A DNA stretch of 64,000 nucleotides from an uncultured Methanobrevibacter sp. (GCF_947170395.1 NZ_CAMVTE010000007.1:4576-68575); one strand, 5' to 3'. Positions 1 through 11,930 are shown, numbered from the stretch's first letter. Program-made: numbers and translations. The notes: a model not told the origin generated them from the sequence alone.

Positions 1-289
1 TGTTAATAGTTGAATACACAAAAATTGCTGGTGCCACACCAAAGGAAACTGCATCGGATAGTGAATCTATATTTTTTCCAAATCCAAATGAGTCCTGCCT
101 GTTGGTTTTTCTTGCTACCCAACCATCTACTGAGTCGAACATGATTGCAAATATCATTAACAGAGCGGCCATTCTGAAATCATGATTTATGGAACAGATT
201 ATGGATAAAAATCCGCAGCACATGTTTAGTAATGATATCACATCAGATATTGCAATAAATTTTTTAATGTTTGTATCTTCGATTTTCAT
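1..289 (-). CDS. pssA: Archaetidylserine synthase / CDP-alcohol phosphatidyltransferase (5' part; runs off window)
   Basis: Manual translation from ATG at 289: MKIEDTNIKKFIAISDVISLLN...FDSVDGWVARKT...FGKNIDSLSDAVSFGVAP, the CDP-alcohol phosphotransferase motif. Confidence 0.85.
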   Translation of the reverse strand, partial: MKIEDTNIKKFIAISDVISLLNMCCGFLSIICSINHDFRMAALLMIFAIMFDSVDGWVARKTNRQDSFGFGKNIDSLSDAVSFGVAPAIFVYSTIN

Positions 290-678
290 GTTAAACTCCA
301 GTAATACTTTTAATTTCATAGGTTATTAATTTTATCTTTGTTTTCGCCTTATTTTTATTAATATTTGTTTTTAATTATTTATAAGTGTTATTTTTTAATG
401 GTTTAATTATTTTTTTTATATTTTTAAAATTTACTTGCTACTGTTTATTTTTTTTTAATTTAGTCAAGGTAATTATTTACTTTGGTTAAAAAATTGTAAT
501 TTATTAATTAGTTTTGAAAAATCAACACTAAAAGATAACATATATATAATAATATTTTTAATAAATATTAAGTGTTAGACGTTAGGTAAGTAGCTTTAAA
601 ATTCATTTTTCAATGCATTTTAATGGTTATTTATTTTTAATATGTGAGTTTATATTAATTTAAATTGCGAGTAGTCAA

Positions 679-1317
679 ATGATAGAAGATAATATCCGTG
701 TTCTCAGACAGGCTGCAAGGGTCACAACCGATAAGGATTATAAAATCGAGAAAAATTGGTGTGTCATTGCAGGCAATGTTGATTTGGTTGATGAAATGGC
801 CTACAAAGCCATACTGTCCAATTCAACAATAAAGATTTTGTTCAGGGAACATGTGATGTTGAAGGATGGAAAATTGGATAAAAAATTTGATTTTCTCATG
901 CTTTACGGCAATTCCATTGTCATCGACAATTTCGAAAACGCTACAAAAGACTATGGCGGGGCGTATGTCAAGGTGCCGCGCAGGTATCTTTCCGAGGAAT
1001 CCAATGTGATGGTGTTTGTCGGACCTGATGATGTGATAAGGCGTGCCGTATCGACAATCGAGAGGTCAAGGATTCATTTCAAAATCCTTAAGGAATCTCA
1101 GACTACTAGTTTCATTGATGTTGATATAAATAAGGATGTTAAATTACCAAATTTCATCAAATCTGCTTTGAAACCTTTTTACAATGCAAATGAGGTTGTC
1201 TTAACAACTCTTGTTGTATCTGTTGAAAACGATGCAGATGTCGGAAAGGTTCAAAGTATAGCTACATCTAATAAGATATTCGTTATAGACTTTAAAGACA
1301 TTGTAACGGAGGATTAA
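679..1317 (+). CDS. Hypothetical protein, tightly coupled to the MreB-like gene
   Basis: 212 aa ORF; next ATG 2 nt after the stop; no recognised motif. Confidence 0.75.
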   Translation: MIEDNIRVLRQAARVTTDKDYKIEKNWCVIAGNVDLVDEMAYKAILSNSTIKILFREHVMLKDGKLDKKFDFLMLYGNSIVIDNFENATKDYGGAYVKVPRRYLSEESNVMVFVGPDDVIRRAVSTIERSRIHFKILKESQTTSFIDVDINKDVKLPNFIKSALKPFYNANEVVLTTLVVSVENDADVGKVQSIATSNKIFVIDFKDIVTED

Positions 1318-1319
1318 CC

Positions 1320-2393
1320 ATGAATATTTTTGGAAAAGACGAGGAAGAACCACAAGTTGATGATACCAGAGTCATTAGCAATAGTTTAGGAATAGATTTA
1401 GGAACTTTAAATACCGTGATTGCAAAACCTTCCGGAGATAAATTTGACTTATATCAAATTCCATCCGTTGTTGCAGTTAAAAAGGATGACCCATCAGAAG
1501 TTTTAGCTGTTGGTGAAGAAGCTAAAAGGATGCTTGGAAGAACTCCAGAAGACATTCTTGCGGTAAGGCCTTTGAAAAAAGGAGTAATCGAGAATGTTGT
1601 ACAGGCACAGGCATTACTCATTAAAGCAATGCAAATCGGTATTAATGAGGGAGAAAGCGTTGGAAGAATCGTTATCGGTATTCCTGGTGACGCATCTGAA
1701 GTGGAAAAGAATGCTGCTGAAGAAATTGGTAGAAAAGCTGGTGCACAAAATATCTTAGTTATCAGTGAAGGTTTGGCTGCAGCTATCGGTGCAGGTTTGC
1801 CTATTGCTGAACCGAACGGTACAATGGTTATTGATATCGGTGCAGGTTCAACAGATGTTGTTGTAATTTCTCTTGGTGGTATTAACGATATCGAAACCGT
1901 AAGATGTGGCGGTGACGACATTGACAACAGAATAGTTGAACTCGTTGCAGAAAAATATGATGTAGCTATCGGTATTCATGATGCCGAATCTGCAAAAATT
2001 GAAGTGGGTATGGTTCACTGTTCAGAACAAATTGAAAACCTAAGTGTGGAAGTCATTGGTAAATCCTTAGAAACAAACAGGCCTAAAAAAGTTGTAATTG
2101 ACTCAATGTTGGTTGCTGAAGCTGTAGAGCCTTATATTCAACAAATCATCGGTGGTTTAAACGTAATATTGGAAAGGTTATCTCCAGAATTGATGATGGG
2201 TGTTTACAACAATTCCGTTGCAGTCGGTGGAAGTTCAAGACTCAGAGGTCTTAAGGAAAGGATTTTCGATGAAATTGGAATTCCTATAGAAATTTCCGAT
2301 GATCCGATGACTGTTGTTGCAAAAGGTACTGCTATTGTAGCTGCTGAACCTCTTGCATTAGAACCTGAAGTCCGTCTTAGGGCAATGAAATAA
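1320..2393 (+). CDS. mreB: MreB/Mbl-like actin-family rod shape protein
   Basis: GIDLGTLNT, AAAIGAGLPI, VIDIGAGSTD and AVGGSS motifs. Confidence 0.9.
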   Translation: MNIFGKDEEEPQVDDTRVISNSLGIDLGTLNTVIAKPSGDKFDLYQIPSVVAVKKDDPSEVLAVGEEAKRMLGRTPEDILAVRPLKKGVIENVVQAQALLIKAMQIGINEGESVGRIVIGIPGDASEVEKNAAEEIGRKAGAQNILVISEGLAAAIGAGLPIAEPNGTMVIDIGAGSTDVVVISLGGINDIETVRCGGDDIDNRIVELVAEKYDVAIGIHDAESAKIEVGMVHCSEQIENLSVEVIGKSLETNRPKKVVIDSMLVAEAVEPYIQQIIGGLNVILERLSPELMMGVYNNSVAVGGSSRLRGLKERIFDEIGIPIEISDDPMTVVAKGTAIVAAEPLALEPEVRLRAMK

Positions 2394-2433
2394 ATAAATT
2401 TTTATTTATTTCTCTTTTTTTTATTTGATTTTT

Positions 2434-3048
2434 ATGGATATTTTAGGCATTGATGAAGCAGGCAGAGGATCTGTTTTAGGGCCTTTGGTTATTGCAGGTG
2501 TGGTTGTACCTGAAAAGATGGAAAAAGTGTTGGAGCGTATGGGCGTTAAGGATTCCAAAAGATTAGCTCCCCACAGACGAACTATTTTATCTCGAAAGCT
2601 TAAAAAGATGTTTGAATATGAGATTGTTGTGATTTCAGCTCGTGAAATTGATGAGATGAGAGCAGATGGAATCAATCTCAATGAAATAGAAAAAAATGCA
2701 ATGGAATCTATTCTGCTTAAAATAAAACCCGAAAAGGCTATTGTCGATGCCGTTGATGTAAAGGCACAACGTTTTCAGGATAATCTCTGCAGTGATACTG
2801 GTGTTAATGTCATAGCAGAACATAAGGCAGATGACAAATATATTGAAGTCAGTGCAGCTTCAATCATTGCTAAAGCAGAAAGAGATGATCATATAGCGCA
2901 AATCAACAAGGAATTTATTAAATCTGGAGGCATTGGTTCAGGTTATCCTTCAGATCCAAAAACAAAGGAATTTTTAACTAATTATACTTATGATGAAATG
3001 CCGGATTTTGTAAGAAGGTCATGGGCTACTGTAGCCAAAATGAAGTAA
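2434..3048 (+). CDS. rnhB: Ribonuclease HII
   Basis: GIDEAGRGSVLGP, VKDSK, SAASIIAK, GSGYPSDP. Confidence 0.95.
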   Translation: MDILGIDEAGRGSVLGPLVIAGVVVPEKMEKVLERMGVKDSKRLAPHRRTILSRKLKKMFEYEIVVISAREIDEMRADGINLNEIEKNAMESILLKIKPEKAIVDAVDVKAQRFQDNLCSDTGVNVIAEHKADDKYIEVSAASIIAKAERDDHIAQINKEFIKSGGIGSGYPSDPKTKEFLTNYTYDEMPDFVRRSWATVAKMK

Positions 3049-3139
3049 TTTTAAGATTTTTTTTAAATAATATTTAAGTATATGAAAAAATATAATATTC
3101 TTATAAAATTTTCGATAATAATAAACATAGAGGATAAAA

Positions 3140-3979
3140 ATGATTATTGAATACGTTACTCCACTTCTTGATGGGATTGTTGACATTTTCTCTCAGGGTG
3201 GAATTATTACTTACATAATTCTTTTTGTTGGAATTTATGGTCTTGTTATTTCAATAAGAAAAATCGCTTACCTTAGAAAAATCAGTAAGGTTGATACCAC
3301 TGAAATATTTGGGGTGGTTACCGCATCTATGGAAAGAGGCGGTGCTGTTGAAGCCTTAAAGCAAATAAACGGTTTTAAGAATCCTATTTCTAAGATTATT
3401 TCTGAAACTTTAAAAATCGGTTATAAGAATAAGACTGAAGTTGAGGAAAGTATGGAGCAGATTTTCATCGTTGAAGTGGCAAAGATGACTAAAGGATTGA
3501 GTACTATTAAAACCATTACGGAACTCGCTCCTTTTTTAGGTTTGATTGGTACTGTTATCGGTATTTGGATGACATTCAAATCATTGGGGGTTCATCCGGA
3601 TTCCGCAGCAATGGCTGAAGGTATTTATGTTGCATTGACAACCACAATCATGGGTCTTTTGGTGGCCATTATATTGTTGCCGGTTTATACCTATATCCAG
3701 GGGCTTATTGAAGCGGAAATGGATAAGATTGAACTTGCCACTAAAATGACCAACTGGGGATTCGCAGTTGTTAAGGTTAGAGTTGATTCTAATGTGGAAT
3801 GTGCACTTGAGGCCCTTCAGGAAGCCGAAGGTGTTGTTAACACAAGATTGATATCTGACCCTTATGCCAATATTAAGGTTTCATTCAAGCCGAGTATGTT
3901 AGATAAGAGTATTGCAAATATTATTTTAGAAAAATGTAATGTTAATGCTGAAATAACTGAAAGTAAGCTAAAACAATAG
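3140..3979 (+). CDS. MotA/TolQ/ExbB proton channel family protein with C-terminal soluble extension
   Basis: APFLGLIGTVIGI and GIYVALTTTIMGL signatures. Confidence 0.9.
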   Translation: MIIEYVTPLLDGIVDIFSQGGIITYIILFVGIYGLVISIRKIAYLRKISKVDTTEIFGVVTASMERGGAVEALKQINGFKNPISKIISETLKIGYKNKTEVEESMEQIFIVEVAKMTKGLSTIKTITELAPFLGLIGTVIGIWMTFKSLGVHPDSAAMAEGIYVALTTTIMGLLVAIILLPVYTYIQGLIEAEMDKIELATKMTNWGFAVVKVRVDSNVECALEALQEAEGVVNTRLISDPYANIKVSFKPSMLDKSIANIILEKCNVNAEITESKLKQ

Positions 3980-3987
3980 GTGATTGG

Positions 3988-4401
3988 ATGGCTATTGATG
4001 TAAGAAACTATAAGAAGAAAGTTTTGGATCAAAAACCAAGTATTAATTTAGTTCCTTTTATTGATATTCTGTTCACAATCATGATTTTTTTAGTGGTTAC
4101 TAGTAACTTTTCAGCTACTGATGTTCAAACTGATGATGCTGATGTTACAGAAGATGCATCCGGAAAGCCAAATGTCACCGATGTTTCGGGTGATGCTCAA
4201 TACTATGTTATGCCTGTAGCTAACTTGCATAAGGTTACAGTCAACGGTGTTGATAAGTCTGATACGATATCGGGTAGCGCCGTTGGTGTTCTGGGCAAAG
4301 TAATTGATCAAGGAGAAATTTCCATTAAACCGGGTGAAATAGACATTACAACTCCTGCTGGAATCTCTCCGGATGAGGCTGTAAAACGTCCTGAAGTTTA
4401 A
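3988..4401 (+). CDS. ExbD/TolR family protein
   Basis: [20 protein letters not shown] single TM helix with the conserved Asp. Confidence 0.88.
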   Translation: MAIDVRNYKKKVLDQKPSINLVPFIDILFTIMIFLVVTSNFSATDVQTDDADVTEDASGKPNVTDVSGDAQYYVMPVANLHKVTVNGVDKSDTISGSAVGVLGKVIDQGEISIKPGEIDITTPAGISPDEAVKRPEV

Positions 4402-4415
4402 TTGGGGGAATTATT

Positions 4416-5042
4416 GTGTATACAGGTAGAATATTATCAACAGGAATGAATAATGATGGTAAACCTTTTGTGGCATATCGTGTTTCAAGCAGGTCATTTC
4501 CAAACAGGCAATGTTTGAAATTTGAAAATCGTGCAGCGATTGTTCCGAAGGAAGGTTTTGAAAAGGATATTTATGAGAACACATACATCACATACAATTG
4601 TATTCGTATTGTAAGGGATATGGCTATTGTGTCAAACGGTTCTCATACTGATGTTATAGCAGATAAAATTGCTTTAGGAATGAATATCAAAGATGCTATT
4701 GCATATTCATTGCTCACTATGGACTATGAAAAGGATGATTATCATACTCCAAGAATTGCCGCTGTTGTTACATCCACTAACAAAAAGGACGAATATGGCT
4801 GTTATGTTGGAATAGCTAACGATAAGAAATTGTTGGTTGAACAAATCCCATATGGGGATGCAGTATTCATTTCAACATATGGAAGCCAGGTACATGATTT
4901 GGTTGAGTTTGAAGCAAAAACCGCTACCGAATCTGCTAAATTTATTTTCGATGAAGGTACTTTTGCAAATTATAAAAAGCCAGTAACTTCATGTGCTGCT
5001 GTTTTTGATGGAGAATGGACTATTGATGTCTATAATCCATAA
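4416..5042 (+). CDS. purO: Archaeal IMP cyclohydrolase
   Basis: [35 protein letters not shown]. Confidence 0.92.
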   Translation: MYTGRILSTGMNNDGKPFVAYRVSSRSFPNRQCLKFENRAAIVPKEGFEKDIYENTYITYNCIRIVRDMAIVSNGSHTDVIADKIALGMNIKDAIAYSLLTMDYEKDDYHTPRIAAVVTSTNKKDEYGCYVGIANDKKLLVEQIPYGDAVFISTYGSQVHDLVEFEAKTATESAKFIFDEGTFANYKKPVTSCAAVFDGEWTIDVYNP

Positions 5043-5075
5043 TTCTTTTATTTTTTTTAATTTTTAGATGATATT

Positions 5076-5840
5076 ATGACAATTGAACTGATAGGCTTAG
5101 AGAATATTCCCATTGTTGATGACAGTGATGATGTTTCAAAAATCATCAAGGATGCAATCGATAAGCAAGGCTGCTCAATCATGCATGGGGATATTATTTT
5201 AATCGCAGAAACTTTAATTTCAAAATCTGAAGGAAATTTCATCAAATTGGACGAACTGGCCCCATCCGATGAGGCTTTGGATTTGGCTAAAAAAGCCAAT
5301 AAGGACCCCAAACTTGTTGAAGCAATTATCCAGCAATCCAATGAGGTTGTTGAAGTGGGTCCCAGTTTCATCATTACTGAAACCAAACAGGGTTTTGTCT
5401 GTGCAAATGCAGGAATTGATGAGTCCAACGTCGGTGAAGGTCTGGCCACTCCAATGCCTGTTGATGCCGACAAGTCCGCTTTTAAAATTCGTGAATATTT
5501 GGAAAAGGAATTTGGCGAGGAAATTGCCGTAATCATAACCGATACTCAGGGAAGAGCATTCAGGTTCGGAGCAATCGGAACTGCAATCGGATGTTCAGGT
5601 ATTTCACCACTTTGGAAAAGGGTTGGAGAAAAGGATTTGTACGGCCGTGAACTTGAAACCACTGAAATTGCAACCGCAGATGAACTTGCAGCTGCCGCAT
5701 CTCTTATCATGGGGCAGGCAGATGAAGGATTGCCGGTTGTTCTTATTCGTGGATTTGCCAATTTCGATGATTTGAGAAATGTTGACTCAGACATATCTCC
5801 GTTAATCATGCCGAAGGAGTTCGACGTATTTAGAAAATAA
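5076..5840 (+). CDS. cofE: Coenzyme F420-0:L-glutamate ligase
   Basis: [26 protein letters not shown]; adjacent to cofD. Confidence 0.93.
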   Translation: MTIELIGLENIPIVDDSDDVSKIIKDAIDKQGCSIMHGDIILIAETLISKSEGNFIKLDELAPSDEALDLAKKANKDPKLVEAIIQQSNEVVEVGPSFIITETKQGFVCANAGIDESNVGEGLATPMPVDADKSAFKIREYLEKEFGEEIAVIITDTQGRAFRFGAIGTAIGCSGISPLWKRVGEKDLYGRELETTEIATADELAAAASLIMGQADEGLPVVLIRGFANFDDLRNVDSDISPLIMPKEFDVFRK

Positions 5841-5848
5841 GTGGTTTT

Positions 5849-6754
5849 ATGATTACTGTTTTATCAGGGGGCACAGGAACCCCAAAATTATTGCAAGGCT
5901 TAAAAGAGATTATCGATCCAAGCGAATTGACAATCATTGTCAATACATTGGAAAACGATTACTTTGCGGGAGTTTACGTATCGGCAGATATTGATACTGT
6001 ACTGTATACCATGTCAGATTTAATCAACGATGAGCTGTGGTACGGAATTAAGGATGACACATTCATCACTCATGAAAGGCTTGAGGAAATTGGATGTCCT
6101 GAACTTTTAAGGATTGGTGATAAGGACAGGGCCACCAAAATCCAGAAAACATTGCTGATGGAAAAGTACGATTTGACAAGGGCCTGTGAAATTCAGGCGA
6201 AAAACATGGGTCTTGAGTGCAGAGTCATCCCGATGAGTAATGAAAACTCAGACATCAAAATAGTCACCGATATGGGTGAGCTGGAGTTTCATGACTTCTT
6301 AATAAAACACCGTTCAGAGCCTGAAGTTTTGGACGTTAAATTCTCAAAGGTTTCTCCGGCCGAGGGGATTATAGATGCAATCAATAATTCCGATGCGGTT
6401 ATTATCGGTCCATCAAATCCGGTTACTTCCATTTCACCGATATTGTCTTTGGAAGGTGTAAGGGAAGCTTTAAAAAATACTTTTGTCGTTGCCATATCTC
6501 CGATTATTGGTTCGGGTGCCGTTTCAGGTCCTGCAAACAAATTCATGAATGCACTTGGTGTTGAAGTCTCAGCAGCAGGTGTTGCATCAATGTATAGTGA
6601 TTTTTTGGATATGATGGTAATCGATGCAAAAGATGATGACAAAAAAATTAAGGTAAATCAAATAATTAATAAGGTAATAGTAACAAATACTATAATGAAT
6701 AATTTAGATGCTAAAAAAAATTTGGCTAAAATTATTATTGAAAATATTCCTTAA
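5849..6754 (+). CDS. cofD: 2-phospho-L-lactate transferase
   Basis: LSGGTGTPKLL, DIDTVLY, IGDKDRA, GPSNPVTSI, SGPA. Confidence 0.93.
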   Translation: MITVLSGGTGTPKLLQGLKEIIDPSELTIIVNTLENDYFAGVYVSADIDTVLYTMSDLINDELWYGIKDDTFITHERLEEIGCPELLRIGDKDRATKIQKTLLMEKYDLTRACEIQAKNMGLECRVIPMSNENSDIKIVTDMGELEFHDFLIKHRSEPEVLDVKFSKVSPAEGIIDAINNSDAVIIGPSNPVTSISPILSLEGVREALKNTFVVAISPIIGSGAVSGPANKFMNALGVEVSAAGVASMYSDFLDMMVIDAKDDDKKIKVNQIINKVIVTNTIMNNLDAKKNLAKIIIENIP

Positions 6755-6775
6755 TATTTTATAGGCGGTTATTCA

Positions 6776-7537
6776 ATGATACAAATGACTTTAATACAAA
6801 TTGACAATTATGGTCCTTGGACAGTAACTCCAAGGCCGAGAACTGAATCTGATTTACAAATGCTACAGGCAAGTTTATTTGCTGATTTAAATAATCATTT
6901 TGGAAATAAAAAAGGTTTAGTTTTCTTTACAAGATTCGACAACTTGCTTGCGATTTCAAACGGTCTTGATGAAGAGGACCATTTAAGAATTCAAAGATCT
7001 ATCAGAAACAGATACCCTATCACTATTAGTATGGGTGTTGGCGCTGCAGAAACTCCTCACGAAGCTCAAAAATTAGCTACCATTGCTCTTCAAAAGGCAG
7101 GTAGTGCTCAATCCGGTGAGAGAAAGGAAATTTTAGCTATCGACAGTTTGGTTAGTGAGGAAGACAGTTTTGTTCAGGCAGCACACATTGACATCAATAG
7201 TGTTACAGAAACCTTAACTGATATAGAATCTGCATTTGATACAAGTTTTATGGTTAATAAGGCTCAACATTACTTGATGACTAAATTAATCAAAAAAGGA
7301 GCATTGCTGTTCTTCATAGGTGGGGATAACTTCATGTCTCCATGTAACGGTTTGTCCGAACAGGAAATTGAAGACATCATGGTCGAAATTGATGAAGAGA
7401 TTGGTATCAAACTCAAAGCAGGTATCGGAAGAGGTAAAAACGCTGAAGATGCAGCTTATATGGCTGATATAGGTCTTGAAGAAATTCGTGCTCATAATAA
7501 TGAAATGTGGACTTGGGTAATTGAAAAGGAATACTAG
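6776..7537 (+). CDS. gch3: GTP cyclohydrolase IIa (III)
   Basis: [19 protein letters not shown] motifs. Confidence 0.88.
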   Translation: MIQMTLIQIDNYGPWTVTPRPRTESDLQMLQASLFADLNNHFGNKKGLVFFTRFDNLLAISNGLDEEDHLRIQRSIRNRYPITISMGVGAAETPHEAQKLATIALQKAGSAQSGERKEILAIDSLVSEEDSFVQAAHIDINSVTETLTDIESAFDTSFMVNKAQHYLMTKLIKKGALLFFIGGDNFMSPCNGLSEQEIEDIMVEIDEEIGIKLKAGIGRGKNAEDAAYMADIGLEEIRAHNNEMWTWVIEKEY

Positions 7538-7546
7538 GGAGTATTT

Positions 7547-8278
7547 ATGATTAAAGTAGTTGCGCCTATGGCTGGAATAACTGATGCTGATTTTTTAAAT
7601 AGGGTTATTCCATTAGGTTTTGATGTGGCTACTTTGGGGGGATACAGTTTAGATGCTCCAACAATTGAAGCAAGCAAAAAGATTATCGCTCGTGGAAGAA
7701 AGGAATTTGACTTTCCTTTAAACGATATCTTTTCACACATTGAAAGAGAGGTTGCTTCAATCAAAAGGGTTCACAGCAATGTAAAGGTATCAGCAAATGT
7801 TAGGTCAACAACTCCTCAACCAATAATTGATGTTGGGAATATTCCTGATTTGGATATAGTTGAAATTAATTGTCATTGCCGCCAAGACGAGATTTTAAGT
7901 ATTGGTTGTGGACAAGAAATGTTAAAAAGGGCTGATTTGAAAAAATTTATTTCTCAAGTTGTTGACAATGTTGATTGTGAAGTTTCAGTTAAAATCAGGG
8001 CTAATGTAGATGGAGTAGATACATTGGCTGTAGCTTGTTTAATTGAAGATGCTGGTGCTGATTATTTGCATGTTGATGCTATGAAAAAGGGAGTTTTCGA
8101 TGCAGATTACAGTCTTTTAAAGGAAATCTGTAATAATGTTCATATTCAAGTTATTGGAAATAATTCTGTTAACAGCGAAGCCAATATTAAAAAGATGATT
8201 GAAACTGGTGTAAACGGTTTTTCAATAGCTCGTGGGGTTATTTCCGGTAATTTAGATTTTAATATTTCTAATTTTTAA
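7547..8278 (+). CDS. Dihydrouridine synthase-like TIM-barrel flavoprotein (MJ0144 type)
   Basis: APMAGITD, EINCHCRQ, VSVKIRAN, IGNNS. Confidence 0.8.
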   Translation: MIKVVAPMAGITDADFLNRVIPLGFDVATLGGYSLDAPTIEASKKIIARGRKEFDFPLNDIFSHIEREVASIKRVHSNVKVSANVRSTTPQPIIDVGNIPDLDIVEINCHCRQDEILSIGCGQEMLKRADLKKFISQVVDNVDCEVSVKIRANVDGVDTLAVACLIEDAGADYLHVDAMKKGVFDADYSLLKEICNNVHIQVIGNNSVNSEANIKKMIETGVNGFSIARGVISGNLDFNISNF

Positions 8279-8351
8279 TATTTTTAAAACAATTGTTATT
8301 AGAAAACATTATTAATGGTTTAAAATAAAAATTATTTCAATAGGTGATTAC

Positions 8352-9950
8352 ATGGATTTTATAACTCTTAAGAATATTACCAAAACTTTTGATGGTGTTG
8401 ATGTTCTTAAAGATATTAATTTAAAGATTAGTGAAGGAGAGACTTTAGGTATTTTGGGAAGAAGTGGAAGTGGAAAATCTGTTTTAATCAATATGCTCAG
8501 AGGAACACTCGATTACAAGCCTGACGGTGGACAAATTTTAATCAATGTTGCAGTTTGTCCTGATTGTGGTATTGTCGAGTCCCCATCTCATGGCGGCAAG
8601 AAATGCAGCTGCGGAGCAACATTTGAAACTCAGGAAGTTGATTTCTTCAATTGTGAAAGGAAATTGTTTGCAAGCATTAAAAGAAGAATTTCCATCATGT
8701 TGCAACGTAACTTCGCATTATATGATGAAGAAACAGTTATCGAGAATGTCATGAGGGCAATGGGTGATGACAAACAGTATGAAGAAAAGATTTACTTCGC
8801 TTTGGAATTATTGGAAATGGTTCAGATGAACCATAGGATTACTCACATTGCACGTGATTTGAGTGGTGGAGAAAAACAGAGAGTTGTACTTGCAAGACAA
8901 TTGGCTAAAAACCCTATGATGTTTTTAGCAGATGAACCGACCGGTACTTTAGACCCGCAAACTGCGGTAAAACTTCACAATACTTTAAAAGAAGGTGTGA
9001 AGGATGAAGGAATTACCATGTTAATCACATCTCACTGGCCTGAAGTAATGGTTGAACTTGCAGATGAAGTAATCTGGCTCGAGGACGGTCAGATTAAACA
9101 GGAAGGAAACCCTCAGGAAGTTGTAGACAGTTTCATGGAAACAGTTCCTATTCCTAAAAAACCGGAAATCCCTGAGTTCGGTGAACCTGAAGTTGTTCTT
9201 GAAAATGTTAAAAAACATTATTATTCAATTGAACGTGGTGTTGTAAAGGCTGTTGACGGTATAAACTTAACAATTAACAAGGAAGAAATCTTCGGTATTG
9301 TAGGTTTAAGCGGATCCGGTAAAACAACCACTACCCGTATGTTAATGGGATTGACCGAACCAAGTAGTGGAGATATTCAAATCAAACTTGGTGATGAATG
9401 GATTGACATGACCAAAGTTGGTCCTCTTAACCGTGGACGTATCATGCCTTATATCGGATTATTGCACCAGGAATATTCTTTATATCCTCACAGAACCATT
9501 TTGGGTAACTTGACTGATGCTATCAGTTTAAACTTGCCTGCGGAGTTCGGTAAAATTAAAGCTATTCATGCATTGACCACTGTTGGTTTTACAGATGCAA
9601 ACGCTCAGTTAATTTTGGATAAATATCCTGACCAGTTGAGTGTAGGAGAAAAGCATAGGGTTGCACTTGCACAGGTTTTAATAAAAGAACCTAATCTCAT
9701 CGTCTTGGATGAACCTACAGGTACAATGGATCCTGTTACACGTGTTGTCGTAACCGATTCCATTTTGAAAGCCCGTGCAGAATTGGAACAAACATTCATT
9801 ATCATTTCTCACGATATGGACTTTGTTTTAGATGTTTGTGACAGGGCAGCCTTAATGAGAGGAGGAAAACTCCTTGATATAGGCACTCCTGAAGAAATAG
9901 TTGACAAATTAACTGTAGATGAAAAAGAAGACATGCTTAAAGAACATTAG
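8352..9950 (+). CDS. atwA: Methyl-coenzyme M reductase system component A2
   Basis: Two ABC ATPase domains ([16 protein letters not shown]), Cys-rich insert, no TM segments. Confidence 0.92.
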   Translation: MDFITLKNITKTFDGVDVLKDINLKISEGETLGILGRSGSGKSVLINMLRGTLDYKPDGGQILINVAVCPDCGIVESPSHGGKKCSCGATFETQEVDFFNCERKLFASIKRRISIMLQRNFALYDEETVIENVMRAMGDDKQYEEKIYFALELLEMVQMNHRITHIARDLSGGEKQRVVLARQLAKNPMMFLADEPTGTLDPQTAVKLHNTLKEGVKDEGITMLITSHWPEVMVELADEVIWLEDGQIKQEGNPQEVVDSFMETVPIPKKPEIPEFGEPEVVLENVKKHYYSIERGVVKAVDGINLTINKEEIFGIVGLSGSGKTTTTRMLMGLTEPSSGDIQIKLGDEWIDMTKVGPLNRGRIMPYIGLLHQEYSLYPHRTILGNLTDAISLNLPAEFGKIKAIHALTTVGFTDANAQLILDKYPDQLSVGEKHRVALAQVLIKEPNLIVLDEPTGTMDPVTRVVVTDSILKARAELEQTFIIISHDMDFVLDVCDRAALMRGGKLLDIGTPEEIVDKLTVDEKEDMLKEH

Positions 9951-9956
9951 TTCTTC

Positions 9957-10649
9957 TTATTCATTCAATATTTTTTTTATTTTTTTCCATTCCGGACAGA
10001 ATTCGTCCATTAATTTTTTAAATTTTTTGCCGTGATTGAATTCAATCAGATGGCACAGTTCATGTATCATCACATATTCAAGACATATGGGATCTTTTTT
10101 TGCCAGATTCAAATTCAGTGTTATTCTTTTGTCCTGATATCTGCAGTTTCCCCAATTTTTCATGTTTCTGATTTTCACTTCAGATGGTGTTTTTCCGACG
10201 ATTTTTGTGCACTTGTCCAAAACAGGGGGTATGGCCTTTTTCATCTCGCTTCTATAAAATTCTGCCAGTATCTTTCCTCTTTTTTCAATTGTGCTTCTTT
10301 TTGGAATCGGCAAATACAGGATGGATTTTTCTTTATCCACCAGAACATGCTTTATGTTTTCATTTGAGATTAGCTGCATTGTGTATTCCTTTCCCCAAAG
10401 GTAGTGTTTTTCGCCGTTGTCATATTTCAGAGGTGCTTTGATGTTATTGTCTTTTATGTATGATTGTTTTTTTAAAATCCATTCTTTTCTGGATTTTACA
10501 AAATCTGCGATATCTCTGTCGGATAAAAACAGTGGCGCAGAGATTTTGACTTCACCGTCTGGGGGCAAAATGCGCATATACATGTTTTTAATGTTTTTTC
10601 TGTGTAATGTGATGGCTATTCCTTCAATAATTGTTGTTTCTTTTGTCAT
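9957..10649 (-). CDS. YgjP/DUF45-like zinc metallopeptidase
   Basis: WGNC and LEYVMIHELCHLIEFNH (HExxH). Confidence 0.85.
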   Translation of the reverse strand: MTKETTIIEGIAITLHRKNIKNMYMRILPPDGEVKISAPLFLSDRDIADFVKSRKEWILKKQSYIKDNNIKAPLKYDNGEKHYLWGKEYTMQLISNENIKHVLVDKEKSILYLPIPKRSTIEKRGKILAEFYRSEMKKAIPPVLDKCTKIVGKTPSEVKIRNMKNWGNCRYQDKRITLNLNLAKKDPICLEYVMIHELCHLIEFNHGKKFKKLMDEFCPEWKKIKKILNE

Positions 10650-10825
10650 TTTAAAAACCTGATTTATTAACCTGATTTTGGTGTTGCAGATAGTATGGTA
10701 TGGTATATTTATAAGTACTATTTTTGAATATTATATATTTTTCTCACAAAAGATTATATATTTAGTATTTCAATAAATTATATTATTATTTTGTAATTTT
10801 TACTATTATTGTTCGGAGGTTTATT

Positions 10826-11308
10826 ATGACTTGGGAAGATGCGCCATCTCATATTTGCAGAGGCGGGGATGTTAGAGGATTGGCTTTTTGTTGCCCTCCA
10901 GTCAAACCATGTCCAGTTTTAAATGCATTACAGGAAGTTAACTTAACTCCTCAAGAGTATATAGATATTAAAATTCAATTCGGAAAAGAAACCCGGTTAG
11001 GGGAAGGTGCCGGAACTTGTTTCGGTTCACTTATTTGGTGTTGCAAACCATCAAAACCTTGTCCGTTAAGGGACATGACTTTAAGGAATATGGGAATGAG
11101 TCATGATGAATATTTGGACTTGAAAAAGGAGCTGTCCGAAAAGTTGGTTGGCGTTAAAAAACCTGATCCTGATGAACGAGCAGAAGCATTGGCTGAAACA
11201 TTCCATGTAAGTAAATTGGAAGCCATGAATGTTTTAACCGAATGCAATAATGATTTAAGAGCAGCTGTAAAAGTTTTGCATGCAAGATCTCTTGAAAATT
11301 CTGATTAA
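10826..11308 (+). CDS. Methanogenesis marker 9 domain protein
   Basis: [22 protein letters not shown] and [19 protein letters not shown]. Confidence 0.85.
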   Translation: MTWEDAPSHICRGGDVRGLAFCCPPVKPCPVLNALQEVNLTPQEYIDIKIQFGKETRLGEGAGTCFGSLIWCCKPSKPCPLRDMTLRNMGMSHDEYLDLKKELSEKLVGVKKPDPDERAEALAETFHVSKLEAMNVLTECNNDLRAAVKVLHARSLENSD

Positions 11309-11309
11309 A

Positions 11310-11930
11310 ATGGATTGGACTTCTCTTTATTTGAAAACTTCAAATTTAAATGTTTTTATTTTGGGAACTGGTGAAGTTGCAACCAGGCGTGCCAATAAAT
11401 TTCTAGACCATGGTGCCAATGTAAGGTTGGCGGGAAACAGTCTGTCAGATGAACTGGAACATAAGGGGGCTGTCTTGTGTTCAACTGATGATGTCGACGA
11501 TTTGGTTGAGTGGTCTGATATTGTTGTTGTCGCCAGCGGTGATGAAGAGATGTGTGATTATGTCTGCGGAATAGCTCACGACAAATTGGTCAATAGGGCC
11601 GATTTTCCACAGAAAGGGGATGTTATTGTTCCGACAAGTTTCAATATTGGAGAAATTGAAATATCTATTTTTACAAACGGCAAAAGCCCGTTGATGGCTC
11701 GTCAGTTAAGAAAAAAGATTCAGTCAATAATCACTGAAGAGGATATTCTGAAAATAGAGCTTCAGGATTATGCGCGCTCAATGTTAAAGGAAAATCTTGA
11801 AAACCAGAAAGAGAGGAGAAAATACCTTTATGAAATTTTTGAAGATGAGCATATTAATGATTTGATTGAAGAGAGAAAACTTGATGAGGCCAAGGCTTAT
11901 ATTGACAATTTAATAAGGGGATTAGAGTGA
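11310..11930 (+). CDS. Precorrin-2 dehydrogenase (SirC/CysG N-terminal type)
   Basis: Rossmann GTGEVA, LVNRAD, TNGKSPLMAR; overlaps hemA start. Confidence 0.85.
   Translation: MDWTSLYLKTSNLNVFILGTGEVATRRANKFLDHGANVRLAGNSLSDELEHKGAVLCSTDDVDDLVEWSDIVVVASGDEEMCDYVCGIAHDKLVNRADFPQKGDVIVPTSFNIGEIEISIFTNGKSPLMARQLRKKIQSIITEEDILKIELQDYARSMLKENLENQKERRKYLYEIFEDEHINDLIEERKLDEAKAYIDNLIRGLE

Noticed and set aside
290-678. Long AT-rich divergent intergenic region
   Set aside because: Only low-complexity A/T tracts and TATA-like boxes; no convincing structure or ORF.
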